From the NCBI RefSeq assembly GCF_021732705.1, contig NZ_JAKFUM010000006.1:36198-100197 (forward strand): DNA of 64,000 bases. Direction: 5' to 3'. The notes under the pieces are model-generated. The model made no database searches, was not told the DNA's origin, and saw only the letters and a list, made by a program, of their open reading frames with translations. This DNA comes from Nevskia sp. Lineage in GTDB: Bacteria > Pseudomonadota > Gammaproteobacteria > Nevskiales > Nevskiaceae. Below, one piece after another: positions 10,247-18,590 of this stretch (positions within the stretch are counted from its first letter, which is position 1; each line of letters starts with the position of its first letter). A program made the position numbers and the translations under genes.

Positions 10247-10588
10247 CTACAGGATCGAGTAGACGACGAAGAAGCCGGTGGTGACCAGCACGGTCATGGC
10301 CGCCAGAAACAGGTATTCGACCGCCGACAGCAGCTGCGCGGTCAGCCGGCGGCTGCTGGTGCGCAGGCCCCAGACGATCAGGTAGCAGCAGATCAGGAAC
10401 ATCAGCGCGTTCAGCGCAAGGACGTCGTCGGCAACGGTCTCGATCTTCTGCGAGCGGCTGAACGCGTTGACGGCGCCGAGCAGGCCGACGCAGATGCCGG
10501 TCATGCTGGTGGCGGCGCTGAGCATCCGTTCGAGGATGCGCTCGTGGCGCGCGTCGTCCTCGGCGCTGATCGGATCGTGCAGGCTCAT
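10247..10588 (-). CDS. Hypothetical small membrane protein (about 3 TM helices)
   Basis: 113 aa with three hydrophobic segments and host-like codons; lies directly downstream of the phosphotransferase gene. Confidence 0.7.
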   Translation of the reverse strand: MSLHDPISAEDDARHERILERMLSAATSMTGICVGLLGAVNAFSRSQKIETVADDVLALNALMFLICCYLIVWGLRTSSRRLTAQLLSAVEYLFLAAMTVLVTTGFFVVYSIL

Positions 10589-10609
10589 CGGCGGCGATCG
10601 GTGCCCGGC

Positions 10610-11692
10610 TCAGACGCGGGACTTGGCGATGACCCGCTCGCTGACCTGCGCCAGCACGGTCACGAACAGGCCGAAGGCCTTGAACTTCGGATTCGTGGTC
10701 TGGCCCAGCTTGTAGCGGTAGTAGATCTGCTGCGCGATGACGCCGAGGCGGAACAGGCCGAACACGTAGTACCAGTCGGCGTTCGGGATCGCGCGGCCGG
10801 TCTTTTCCTCGTAGTGCCGGATGATCTCGGCGCGCGTCAGCATGCCGGGGATGTTCGACGGCTGCATGCGGATCGCCTGCATCTCCGGCGGATCGCCGGC
10901 TTCGACCCAGTAGGCGAGCGACGAACCGAGATCGAGCAGCGGGTCGCCGAGCGTGGCCATTTCCCAGTCGAGCACGCCGATGACGCGCATCTGGTCGTCC
11001 GGCGACAGCACGACGTTGTCGAAGCGGTAGTCGTTGTGGATGATCGCCGGTCGCGCCGAATCCGCCGGCTGGTGCTCGGCGAGCCAGCGGATGATCGCGT
11101 CGTAGCTCGGGATGTCATCGGTGATGACGCGGCCGAAGCGCTCGCTCCAGCCGCTGACCTGGCGGCCGACGTAACCGGCCGGCTTGCCCATGTCGGCAAG
11201 CCCTGCGGCTTCGTAATCCAGCTCGTGCAGCGCAATCTGGGTGTCGATCAGGTTCAGGCACAGCTGCCGCGCGCGGGCCGGATCGTAGCCAACGCCCTTG
11301 GGCAGGTCGCGGCGCAGGATGACGCCGGTGAGCTTGTCCATCACGTAGAAATCCGAGCCGATCAGGCTCGTGTCCTCGCAGTAGGCCAGCGGCTTCGGGC
11401 AGGCGAAATGCGGATTCAGCCGGGCCAGCACGCGGAACTCGCGGCCCATGTCATGCGCGCCCTTGGCCTTGGTGCCGGACGGCGGTCGGCGCAGGATCAT
11501 CTCGCGGCCGCCGACGGTCAGCTGATAGGTCAGGTTCGAGGCGCCGCCGGGAAACTGCCGCAGCTCCAGCGGACCATCGGCCAGCCCTGGAATCCGCGAC
11601 TGCAGGAACGGCAGGATCGCCTGCGGATCGAAGGCGTTCTCGTCGCGCACGGCGCCGGCGGAATCGAGCGGAACGGTCGGGATGTCGGTCAT
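10610..11692 (-). CDS. Phosphotransferase family protein (APH/ACAD10-like kinase fold)
   Basis: GGASNLTY, LRRPP, HDMGRE, IHNDYRFDN, VLDWEMATLGDPLLDLG. Confidence 0.9.
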   Translation of the reverse strand: MTDIPTVPLDSAGAVRDENAFDPQAILPFLQSRIPGLADGPLELRQFPGGASNLTYQLTVGGREMILRRPPSGTKAKGAHDMGREFRVLARLNPHFACPKPLAYCEDTSLIGSDFYVMDKLTGVILRRDLPKGVGYDPARARQLCLNLIDTQIALHELDYEAAGLADMGKPAGYVGRQVSGWSERFGRVITDDIPSYDAIIRWLAEHQPADSARPAIIHNDYRFDNVVLSPDDQMRVIGVLDWEMATLGDPLLDLGSSLAYWVEAGDPPEMQAIRMQPSNIPGMLTRAEIIRHYEEKTGRAIPNADWYYVFGLFRLGVIAQQIYYRYKLGQTTNPKFKAFGLFVTVLAQVSERVIAKSRV

Positions 11693-11803
11693 CGGCAGGC
11701 GGGACGGGCAGGGCGCGGCAAGGCGCGGGCAGGCGGCGATGATAGCAATGCCGTTCGGGCCGTCGTGCAGGCGTGTGCAGGGTGCCGCGCCGCTGGCGCG
11801 GGC

Positions 11804-13357
11804 TCAGCGCACGCGGTGCTTGTGCAGATAGACGCGCAGCGCATCGACCGACATCGCCGGCGCGAAATACCAGCCCTGCACGTAGTCGATGCCGAGATTG
11901 GCCAGATATTCGAGCTGCTCGATGGTCTCCACCCCTTCCGCCACCACCTGCAGCTGCAGGCGGCGCGCCATCGCGAGCATGTCGTTGACCAGCCCGGCGG
12001 TGATCGATTCGGTGCCGATCGAATCGATGAAGGCCTTGTCGACCTTCAGCAGATCGAACTTGAACTGAGCGAGATAGCGCAGCGACGAGTAGCCGGTGCC
12101 GAAGTCATCGAGCGCGATGCGGGCACCGCTGCGGCGCAGTGCCCGGATCACCTCGTGCACGGTCTTGTTCGATGCCGCCAGCAGCTCGCGCTCGGTGACC
12201 TTGAACACGAGGCGGCCGGACGAGAACGGCTCGGCGAAGATGTCCTCGATCAGGCTCGGCAGCGTCGCGTCGGTGAAGTGCTTCGGGCTCAGGTTCAGCG
12301 CGATGTAGAAATCCGGGTTTTCCTTCATCACGTCGTGCAGGTCGCTGCGCACGCGCTGCATCAGCCAGTGCGTCATCGGGATGATGAAGCCGGTTTCCTC
12401 GGCCATCGGCACGAAGACGCTCGGCAGGATCATGCCGCGCATCGGATGCTGCCAGCGCAGCAGCGCCTCGGCACCGACCACGCGCAGGCTGCCGGCCGCG
12501 TGGATCGGCTGGTAGTGCACGCGCAGCTCGCCGTTGTCGAGCGCATCGCGCAGCTGCGCGTCCATCGAACGCTCGCGCCGGTCGAGGTGCGACAGCACGA
12601 GGAACAGCGGCAGCGACATCGCCAGACCGAGTGCGACGAACAGCGTCGCGTTTTCCCACCAGCGGTGCAGCATCGCGCCGCGCGGCCCGGTGACCACGGC
12701 GCGGAAGCCATAGCGCTGCGAGACCCGGCTCACGTTCAGGGAATCGCCGTCGTCGACCACTGCGGCACTGCCGGCGCGGGCCAGCACTGCACCGTCCTTG
12801 CGCTCGATCCGCAGCGCCAGGTTGTTCTCGCCGATGGCGTCGCGGATCGGCTCCAGCAGTTGCCGCGGATTCAGCAGCAGATTGACCGCAACCCCGCCGC
12901 TGACGCCGTGGAAGACGATGATCGACACCTCCTGTTCCAGGGTCAGATCCGGCGCGGCGATGTGGATGCCGTCCTGCGGCCAGACCTGATGATCCGGGTT
13001 GGTGATCGTCACCGGGCGCTCGAGGACGCGGACGCTGGTGCATTGCACCGAGCCGTCGTAGATCAGCCCGGCTTCGCGAAAGTACAGGGAGTTGTAGACC
13101 GCCTTGCGCAGGGTTTCGAAGCTGGCCTGCGTGCAGTTGCGGTCGAGATGCGTGGCCAGATCCTGCAGCGTGGATTCGGCGTTGCCGAAGATTTCGTCGG
13201 AGCGGCGTTCGATCAGGCTGGCATAGCTTGCGAGCCGCTGTTCGGCTTCGCGCACGGCCTGACGATAGGTCACGGCGAGGGTCAGCAGCGGCGGCAGGAT
13301 GCCGGCCACCACGGCGGCAATGGCGATCCAGGCCAGCCTTCGTCTGCGCCGCTTCAT
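11804..13357 (-). CDS. CSS-motif/EAL-domain protein (c-di-GMP phosphodiesterase family)
   Basis: TM, periplasmic domain with two Cys, TM, then YQPI, AEALLRW, ALNLS, DDFGTGYSSL, KVD, VAEGVE, QGW. One metal-ligand Glu reads Lys (see findings). Confidence 0.88.
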   Translation of the reverse strand: MKRRRRRLAWIAIAAVVAGILPPLLTLAVTYRQAVREAEQRLASYASLIERRSDEIFGNAESTLQDLATHLDRNCTQASFETLRKAVYNSLYFREAGLIYDGSVQCTSVRVLERPVTITNPDHQVWPQDGIHIAAPDLTLEQEVSIIVFHGVSGGVAVNLLLNPRQLLEPIRDAIGENNLALRIERKDGAVLARAGSAAVVDDGDSLNVSRVSQRYGFRAVVTGPRGAMLHRWWENATLFVALGLAMSLPLFLVLSHLDRRERSMDAQLRDALDNGELRVHYQPIHAAGSLRVVGAEALLRWQHPMRGMILPSVFVPMAEETGFIIPMTHWLMQRVRSDLHDVMKENPDFYIALNLSPKHFTDATLPSLIEDIFAEPFSSGRLVFKVTERELLAASNKTVHEVIRALRRSGARIALDDFGTGYSSLRYLAQFKFDLLKVDKAFIDSIGTESITAGLVNDMLAMARRLQLQVVAEGVETIEQLEYLANLGIDYVQGWYFAPAMSVDALRVYLHKHRVR

Positions 13358-13468
13358 TCTCCTTCTGGACTCCGTGAAAGGTTTGGGTTCGAACCACCGT
13401 CGAACACGGCATTCCGTCGTCCCGACACGATATCGTCGGCAGCCGCCGGGAGCCAGCGTTGCCCGTGC

Positions 13469-14308
13469 CTAGCGGGTGTGGTCACTGTCACCGGCGGCAG
13501 CAGGCGGGGGATGACCGGGGCCGTGATGGTGCTTGGCATCCTCCTTGTCCTGCAGCGCGCCGCGCAGCTGATCGACGTTCTCGCGCAGGATGTCGGCCAC
13601 CAGTTCGTCGGTGCGCGGGTCGGCCAGCACCTCGTGCGCGAGGCTCAAGCCGGCATCGATGACGCTGGCGACGATGTCGTTGTAGAACGGCAGCCGGCTC
13701 AGCGTCTTGGTGCGCGGGTTCTGCTTCAGCTTCTCGGCAATCATCGCCCGCAGCTCGCGATCGTTCTCCTCCAGCGCCCGGGCAATGTTGCGGGTGTAGG
13801 TGCCCTTCTTCAGCACGTCCGACACTTCGGCCAGCACGGCGAGGGTGATCATGCCGCCGATCGCCCGCATGATCGCGTCCTTGAAGCGATTGACCAGGCG
13901 GTAGGTGAATTCGTCGCCCAGCGCGCGGTCGGCGGCCATGCCGAAGCGCGACAGCAGGATCACGATGCGGATGACGCGGAACAGCCGGAAGCCGCGCAGC
14001 GCGGGCTCCGACACCGGAATCATGCCGAGCACTTCGTACCAGTTGCGCGCGAGGTAGCCGCGGGTCCAGCCGACGGCCTGCCAGCGCCACAGGAATTCGG
14101 CGGCGAAGATCGCGCAGATCGCGTAGTCGGCGCGGATCAGCAGGCGACTCTGTTCCGGCGTCACATTGCCCCAGGTCTCGTAGCTCAACAGGCCGATCGA
14201 GATCAGCGCAAGGATCAGCAGCAGCCAGTCGAGCAGCGGCACGCGCGCCATCATGCCGGGCGCGGGCGGGGCCGGTGCGGCGGAGGATTCCGGGGTGCGA
14301 TCGGTCAT
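13469..14308 (-). CDS. Ion-transport family protein containing only a voltage-sensor-like S1-S4 domain plus a helical C-terminus
   Basis: S2 DYAICAIFAAEF, S3 NWYEVLGMIP, S4 LRGFRLFRVIR. No S5-P-S6 or TVGYG filter. Confidence 0.75.
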   Translation of the reverse strand: MTDRTPESSAAPAPPAPGMMARVPLLDWLLLILALISIGLLSYETWGNVTPEQSRLLIRADYAICAIFAAEFLWRWQAVGWTRGYLARNWYEVLGMIPVSEPALRGFRLFRVIRIVILLSRFGMAADRALGDEFTYRLVNRFKDAIMRAIGGMITLAVLAEVSDVLKKGTYTRNIARALEENDRELRAMIAEKLKQNPRTKTLSRLPFYNDIVASVIDAGLSLAHEVLADPRTDELVADILRENVDQLRGALQDKEDAKHHHGPGHPPPAAAGDSDHTR

Positions 14309-14463
14309 CGGGAGCGAAGGGTTCGGAGCAGGCGGGCGGACCTGACGAGTGTATGCAAGCGCCTGCCGGAATTCGCCTGCCGCAGCCGTTGCGGCCATGC
14401 ACGGCGAGATGCGGCACGGCACCGTGCCTTGACAGCCGGCAGCGCGCGCCACGAAATGCCGGC

Positions 14464-15390
14464 ATGAACACCGAAACGCCGCTGTGGATCACGCATCCCG
14501 CCTGCACGCTGCACGAGATGGGGCCGTCGCATCCGGAATCGATCGCGCGTCTGCATGCGATTCAGGACCGGATGATCGCCAGCGGCCTGCTGCCGATGTT
14601 CCGGCCGCTGACCGCGCCGTTGGCGCCGCGCGAGGCGCTGGTGCGCGTGCATGACGAGCGCCTCGTCGATGCGCTGCTGGCGGCCAAGCCGACCGAGGGC
14701 TACATCCGCGTCGATCCCGACACGGCGCTGAACGCGCACAGCTCGGAAGCGGCGCAGGCGGCGGCCGGTGCCGTGATGCTGGCGGTCGACGAGGTGCTGG
14801 CCGGCCGCGCGCATTTCGCGTTCTGCGCGGTGCGGCCGCCCGGTCATCACGCCGAGCGTCGTCGGGCGATGGGCTTCTGCCTGTTCGACAGCATCGCCGT
14901 CGGCGCGGCGCACGCACTGGCCTGCGGGCTGGCGCGCGTCGCGATCCTCGATTTCGACGTGCACTACGGCAACGGCACCTCGAACATCTTCCGCGACGAC
15001 CCGCGGGTGATGGTCTGCAACACCTATCAGGACCCGTTCTACCCCGGCTGGGTCAGCGATCCGGACCGCCCGCACATCGTCGATGCGCCGCTGAAGCGCG
15101 GCGACGGCAGCGCCGAATTCCGGGCAGCGGTCACTTCGCGCTGGCTGCCGGCGCTCGAAGCGTTCGAGCCGCAGCTGATCCTCGTGTCTGCCGGCTTCGA
15201 TGCCCATGCCGCCGATCCGCTGGCCGGGTTGCAGCTCGGTTACGCCGACTACGCCTGGATCGGCGACCAGATTCGCGGCTGGGGCGAGCGCTGGAGTCAG
15301 GGCCGCGTCGTGGCATCGCTCGAAGGCGGCTACGACCTGCATGCGCTGGCCCGCTCGGTCGAGGAATTCGTCAGAGCGTCCGCGTTCTGA
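14464..15390 (+). CDS. Histone deacetylase-family (AcuC/AphA-like) deacetylase
   Basis: HPES, RPPGHHA, GFCLF, DFDVHYGNGT, SAGFDAH, LEGGY. Confidence 0.92.
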   Translation: MNTETPLWITHPACTLHEMGPSHPESIARLHAIQDRMIASGLLPMFRPLTAPLAPREALVRVHDERLVDALLAAKPTEGYIRVDPDTALNAHSSEAAQAAAGAVMLAVDEVLAGRAHFAFCAVRPPGHHAERRRAMGFCLFDSIAVGAAHALACGLARVAILDFDVHYGNGTSNIFRDDPRVMVCNTYQDPFYPGWVSDPDRPHIVDAPLKRGDGSAEFRAAVTSRWLPALEAFEPQLILVSAGFDAHAADPLAGLQLGYADYAWIGDQIRGWGERWSQGRVVASLEGGYDLHALARSVEEFVRASAF

Positions 15391-15782
15391 GCCATTCGCG
15401 GGCGATAGTGCCCGGACATCGAAAGATCAGGAAAATTTGATTTCCCGGCGACGCGTCGGGTCCTTAATGTCGCGGTATCGGCGAAGGAATCGCCAGACAA
15501 GGATGTTCAACGTGCCGCACCAGCCGATTGCCTGGAGTTTTCGCCGCAACCTGTCCCGTCTGTGTGTCGCCGAGCCCGAAGCCGCCGGTGGCCTCGCCGC
15601 CGCGACCGATCGCGGTGCCGAACCCGATCCACGGCGCAGCGAACGCCAGACCCGGGCCGAGCCGGCCGCCCATGCCGGCGAACGACACCTGCCGCGCGGC
15701 CGCTGAGCTGCAGCCGCGCCTCGCTCGATGATCGATCCGCCGTCACGCCGCGGCGTGACCGCATGAGCCGGCGGCGCGTGCC

Positions 15783-17141
15783 TCAGGCCTGTTCCAGCGC
15801 CGCCTTGCGCTTGCTCAGCAGCAGGACACCGACCAGTACCGCCAGCGTCAGCGCGAAGCCGATTTCGGTCAGCAGATCGTTGCGCAGGGTGCGTTCGAGG
15901 AACCAGAACGCGCCGGCCAGAAACACGAAGCTGCCCAGCGCCAGGTGCACGCGCGGATACCACGGACGGCGGGCGAGGGCGGCCAGCACCGGCACCACGG
16001 CGCAGACCAGCAGCAGCTGGAAGAACTCGATGCCGACATTGAAGCTCAGCAGGCCGATCAGGTTCAGCTTGCTGTCGGCGCCGACGCTTTCAGCCAGCGC
16101 GCCGGCAAAGCCGAAGCCGTGGATCAGGCCGAAACCGAATGCCAGCACCGGACCATGCTTCGCGCGCCGGGTCCTGAGCGCGACGATGCCGACATAGGCG
16201 ATCGTCGCCGCGATCAGCGCCTCCACCCAGTTCGGCGGCGGCGTCACCAGCCCCTGCGAGGCCAGACCCAGCGTGATGCTGTGCGCCACGGTGAACGCGG
16301 TGACCGTGAACGCGAGTTGCTTCAGGTTGCCGGACAGCAGCACCAGCCCGAGCAGGAAGATCAGGTGATCCCAGCCGATCGCGATGTGATGCACGCCGAG
16401 CTTGAAGAATGACCAGACCGTCGGGCTCTGCCGGGTCTGCTCCGGTTGCGCGGCACCGCTGCGCGCGCCGATTTCGAGGACCACCGGGGGGGCGGCCGCC
16501 GGCGCATCAGCCGCCGCCAGCGCCACTTGCGCCGTCGCCGAGGTGATCGCCGGCGGGCCTTCGGCACGCGGCGTGAAATCGGTCATCGACTTCGTGCGGC
16601 TGATCGCCGGCACATCGGACGACACGATCCGGACGCCGGCTGCCGCACTGATCGAAACCTCGCGCCAGCCCAGCCGCTCCGGATTGCCATCGCGATAGGC
16701 CAGTGCGACGGCAGCGTCGGTCAGCGCCAGCGGCGCCTTCATTTTCGCCAGCAGCCGCAGCGTCGTCAGGCCGGATTGGCCGGGCGAGAGCGCCCAGCTC
16801 TGACTTTCCAGTTCCAACGAAAGCGGCTGGCCACCGACCTCGACCACGATCTTGCCCGGCACATCCTTGGCCCAGCGTTCGGCATAGGTCGCCCATTCGC
16901 CATCGGCGATCTCGCCGTTGCCGTCGGTATCGGCTTCGGAGCCGGCTTCCAGCGTCGGGATCTCGGCCAGATCCAGCAGGTAGTCGAGATGCACCTGATC
17001 CGGCGCCACCACGATCGCCGCCTCGCGGTTGAACGCGTTCTGGCCAAGCGGGTGGGCGTGGGCCGTGCCGAAGCCGGCCACGGCAAGGGCTGCGCTGGTG
17101 GCAAGCGCCCGGAGCAGGCGATGGCTGGGGCAGAGGGTCAT
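15783..17141 (-). CDS. HupE/UreJ-family membrane protein with a large exported N-terminal domain
   Basis: Signal peptide ending AHA followed by HPLGQN; C-terminal LGVHHIAIGWDHLIFL, FTVAHSITL, FGFGLIHGFGFAGAL and FNVGIE motifs of the HupE/UreJ_2 type. Confidence 0.82.
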   Translation of the reverse strand: MTLCPSHRLLRALATSAALAVAGFGTAHAHPLGQNAFNREAAIVVAPDQVHLDYLLDLAEIPTLEAGSEADTDGNGEIADGEWATYAERWAKDVPGKIVVEVGGQPLSLELESQSWALSPGQSGLTTLRLLAKMKAPLALTDAAVALAYRDGNPERLGWREVSISAAAGVRIVSSDVPAISRTKSMTDFTPRAEGPPAITSATAQVALAAADAPAAAPPVVLEIGARSGAAQPEQTRQSPTVWSFFKLGVHHIAIGWDHLIFLLGLVLLSGNLKQLAFTVTAFTVAHSITLGLASQGLVTPPPNWVEALIAATIAYVGIVALRTRRAKHGPVLAFGFGLIHGFGFAGALAESVGADSKLNLIGLLSFNVGIEFFQLLLVCAVVPVLAALARRPWYPRVHLALGSFVFLAGAFWFLERTLRNDLLTEIGFALTLAVLVGVLLLSKRKAALEQA

Positions 17142-17161
17142 CGGAATTCTCGAACGTCGGA

Positions 17162-18400
17162 TCAGGGCTTCGGCTTGCCAGCGTTCAGCGAGGTGGTGGT
17201 TCCGGCCTTCAGCTTCTCGAGCGCGTTTTCGCCCAGCGGCTCGCCGGCCGCCAGCGCGGCGTCGTACACGTTCTTGTAGATCGCCTTGCTTTCGCTGTTC
17301 GGACGAATCTCCAGATCGACCGCCGCATACTTCGCCGCGGCGTCGAAATCACCCTTGGCCATCTTCAGGATCGCCAGCGGGCGTACATAGCCGTAGAAAC
17401 CGGTGTTGTAGGACCACTCGTAGAACTTCTCGGCGGCGCGGCGCAGCTGTTTCGCTTCCTTTACGTCGCCGCGGCGTTCGCGCAAGTCGGCCAGTTTCAC
17501 CTGATAGTCCGCGTTCGGCCATTCGGTTTCGATCAAGGCGCGAAGCAGGTCCTCGGCGTCCTGATCGCGGCCTTCATATTGGGCGATGTCCGACAGGCCT
17601 GCCCGGGCTTGCGCGAAGGTCGGTTCCAGATTCACCGCTTCGTTGTAGTACTGCTTGGCAACCGCCAGCTTGCCGAGCTTGGACTGCACGTCGCCCTGCA
17701 CGGAATAGACATAGGCCAGACGCAGGCGTGGCAGCGGCTTCGGGAACCGCGCCTCCGGCGCCCGCTTCAGCAGTTCCGAGGCCTGTTCCAGGTCACCGGA
17801 AATCTCGGCCCAATAGGCGAGGCCGATGAAATTGTTGGGGACGCGGGGTTCGTCGGAAACCAGCTTGCGCAGATAGATCTCGCCAGCGTTCAGATCGCCT
17901 GCCTGCACGGCTGCTTCGCCCGCGATCGCCATCAGGCCCGTTTCGTTCTGGTACTTGCGCAGCGCCTTCTCGGCCACGGCGCGGGCTTCGACGAAACGGT
18001 GCTGTGCCGCCAGCAGTTTGGCACGCGCCGCGAACAGTTCCGGAATGGCGGTGGCGCCGTCTTCGGTGCGGGTGCGGGTCGCAATCAGCGACTCCGATGA
18101 GTCGATCACCGCCATCGCATTGGCGAAGTCGCGCCCGTCAGCCGTGACTTTCGCGCGGTTCAGCATGGCTTCGACCAGCGTCACCGCGTAGTCGAGGTCC
18201 GTGCGCCGCTGCGAGCCCTGCTGCTGCACAAGATCGATCTGGTGATCGAAGTACTTCAGTTTCTTGACGCCGGCGGCATTGATGTACGGCAGCCGCTCAT
18301 TGCCACCTTGCAGGAAGTACCAGGCCGCGCCGGCGAGGCCGATCATGGCCACGACGCCAACGGCGAGCCATCGGAACTTGCGCTTTTCAACAGCCATCAT
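17162..18400 (-). CDS. Membrane-anchored tetratricopeptide-repeat protein
   Basis: Basic N-terminus plus TM anchor; repeated TPR-like helices (AKQYYNEAVNLEPTF, AQARAGLSDIAQYEG). GGAG upstream of the ATG. Confidence 0.8.
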   Translation of the reverse strand: MMAVEKRKFRWLAVGVVAMIGLAGAAWYFLQGGNERLPYINAAGVKKLKYFDHQIDLVQQQGSQRRTDLDYAVTLVEAMLNRAKVTADGRDFANAMAVIDSSESLIATRTRTEDGATAIPELFAARAKLLAAQHRFVEARAVAEKALRKYQNETGLMAIAGEAAVQAGDLNAGEIYLRKLVSDEPRVPNNFIGLAYWAEISGDLEQASELLKRAPEARFPKPLPRLRLAYVYSVQGDVQSKLGKLAVAKQYYNEAVNLEPTFAQARAGLSDIAQYEGRDQDAEDLLRALIETEWPNADYQVKLADLRERRGDVKEAKQLRRAAEKFYEWSYNTGFYGYVRPLAILKMAKGDFDAAAKYAAVDLEIRPNSESKAIYKNVYDAALAAGEPLGENALEKLKAGTTTSLNAGKPKP

Positions 18401-18468
18401 GTGTCTCCACCCGCAGGGCGGGTTTGCTTCGAATTCGGGAAAGATGCCGCGACGCGGCACCGCAAATG

Positions 18469-18503
18469 AAAATGGCGGGAAGAGTACGAAACTCTCCCCG
18501 CCA
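18469..18503 (-). terminator. Intrinsic terminator or attenuator between the DUF4331 and TPR genes
   Basis: Minus strand TGGCGGGGAGAGT-TTCGT-ACTCTTCCCGCCA followed by TTTT: a 13-bp stem with one G-U pair. Confidence 0.7.
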
Positions 18504-18590
18504 CTGTGTCACGCAACTTGTCTCGATGAAACGGTCAGACCAGCGACGTTGCCCTGTTGCCGGCCTGCCGTTTCTCGGTCCGACGCCCGA

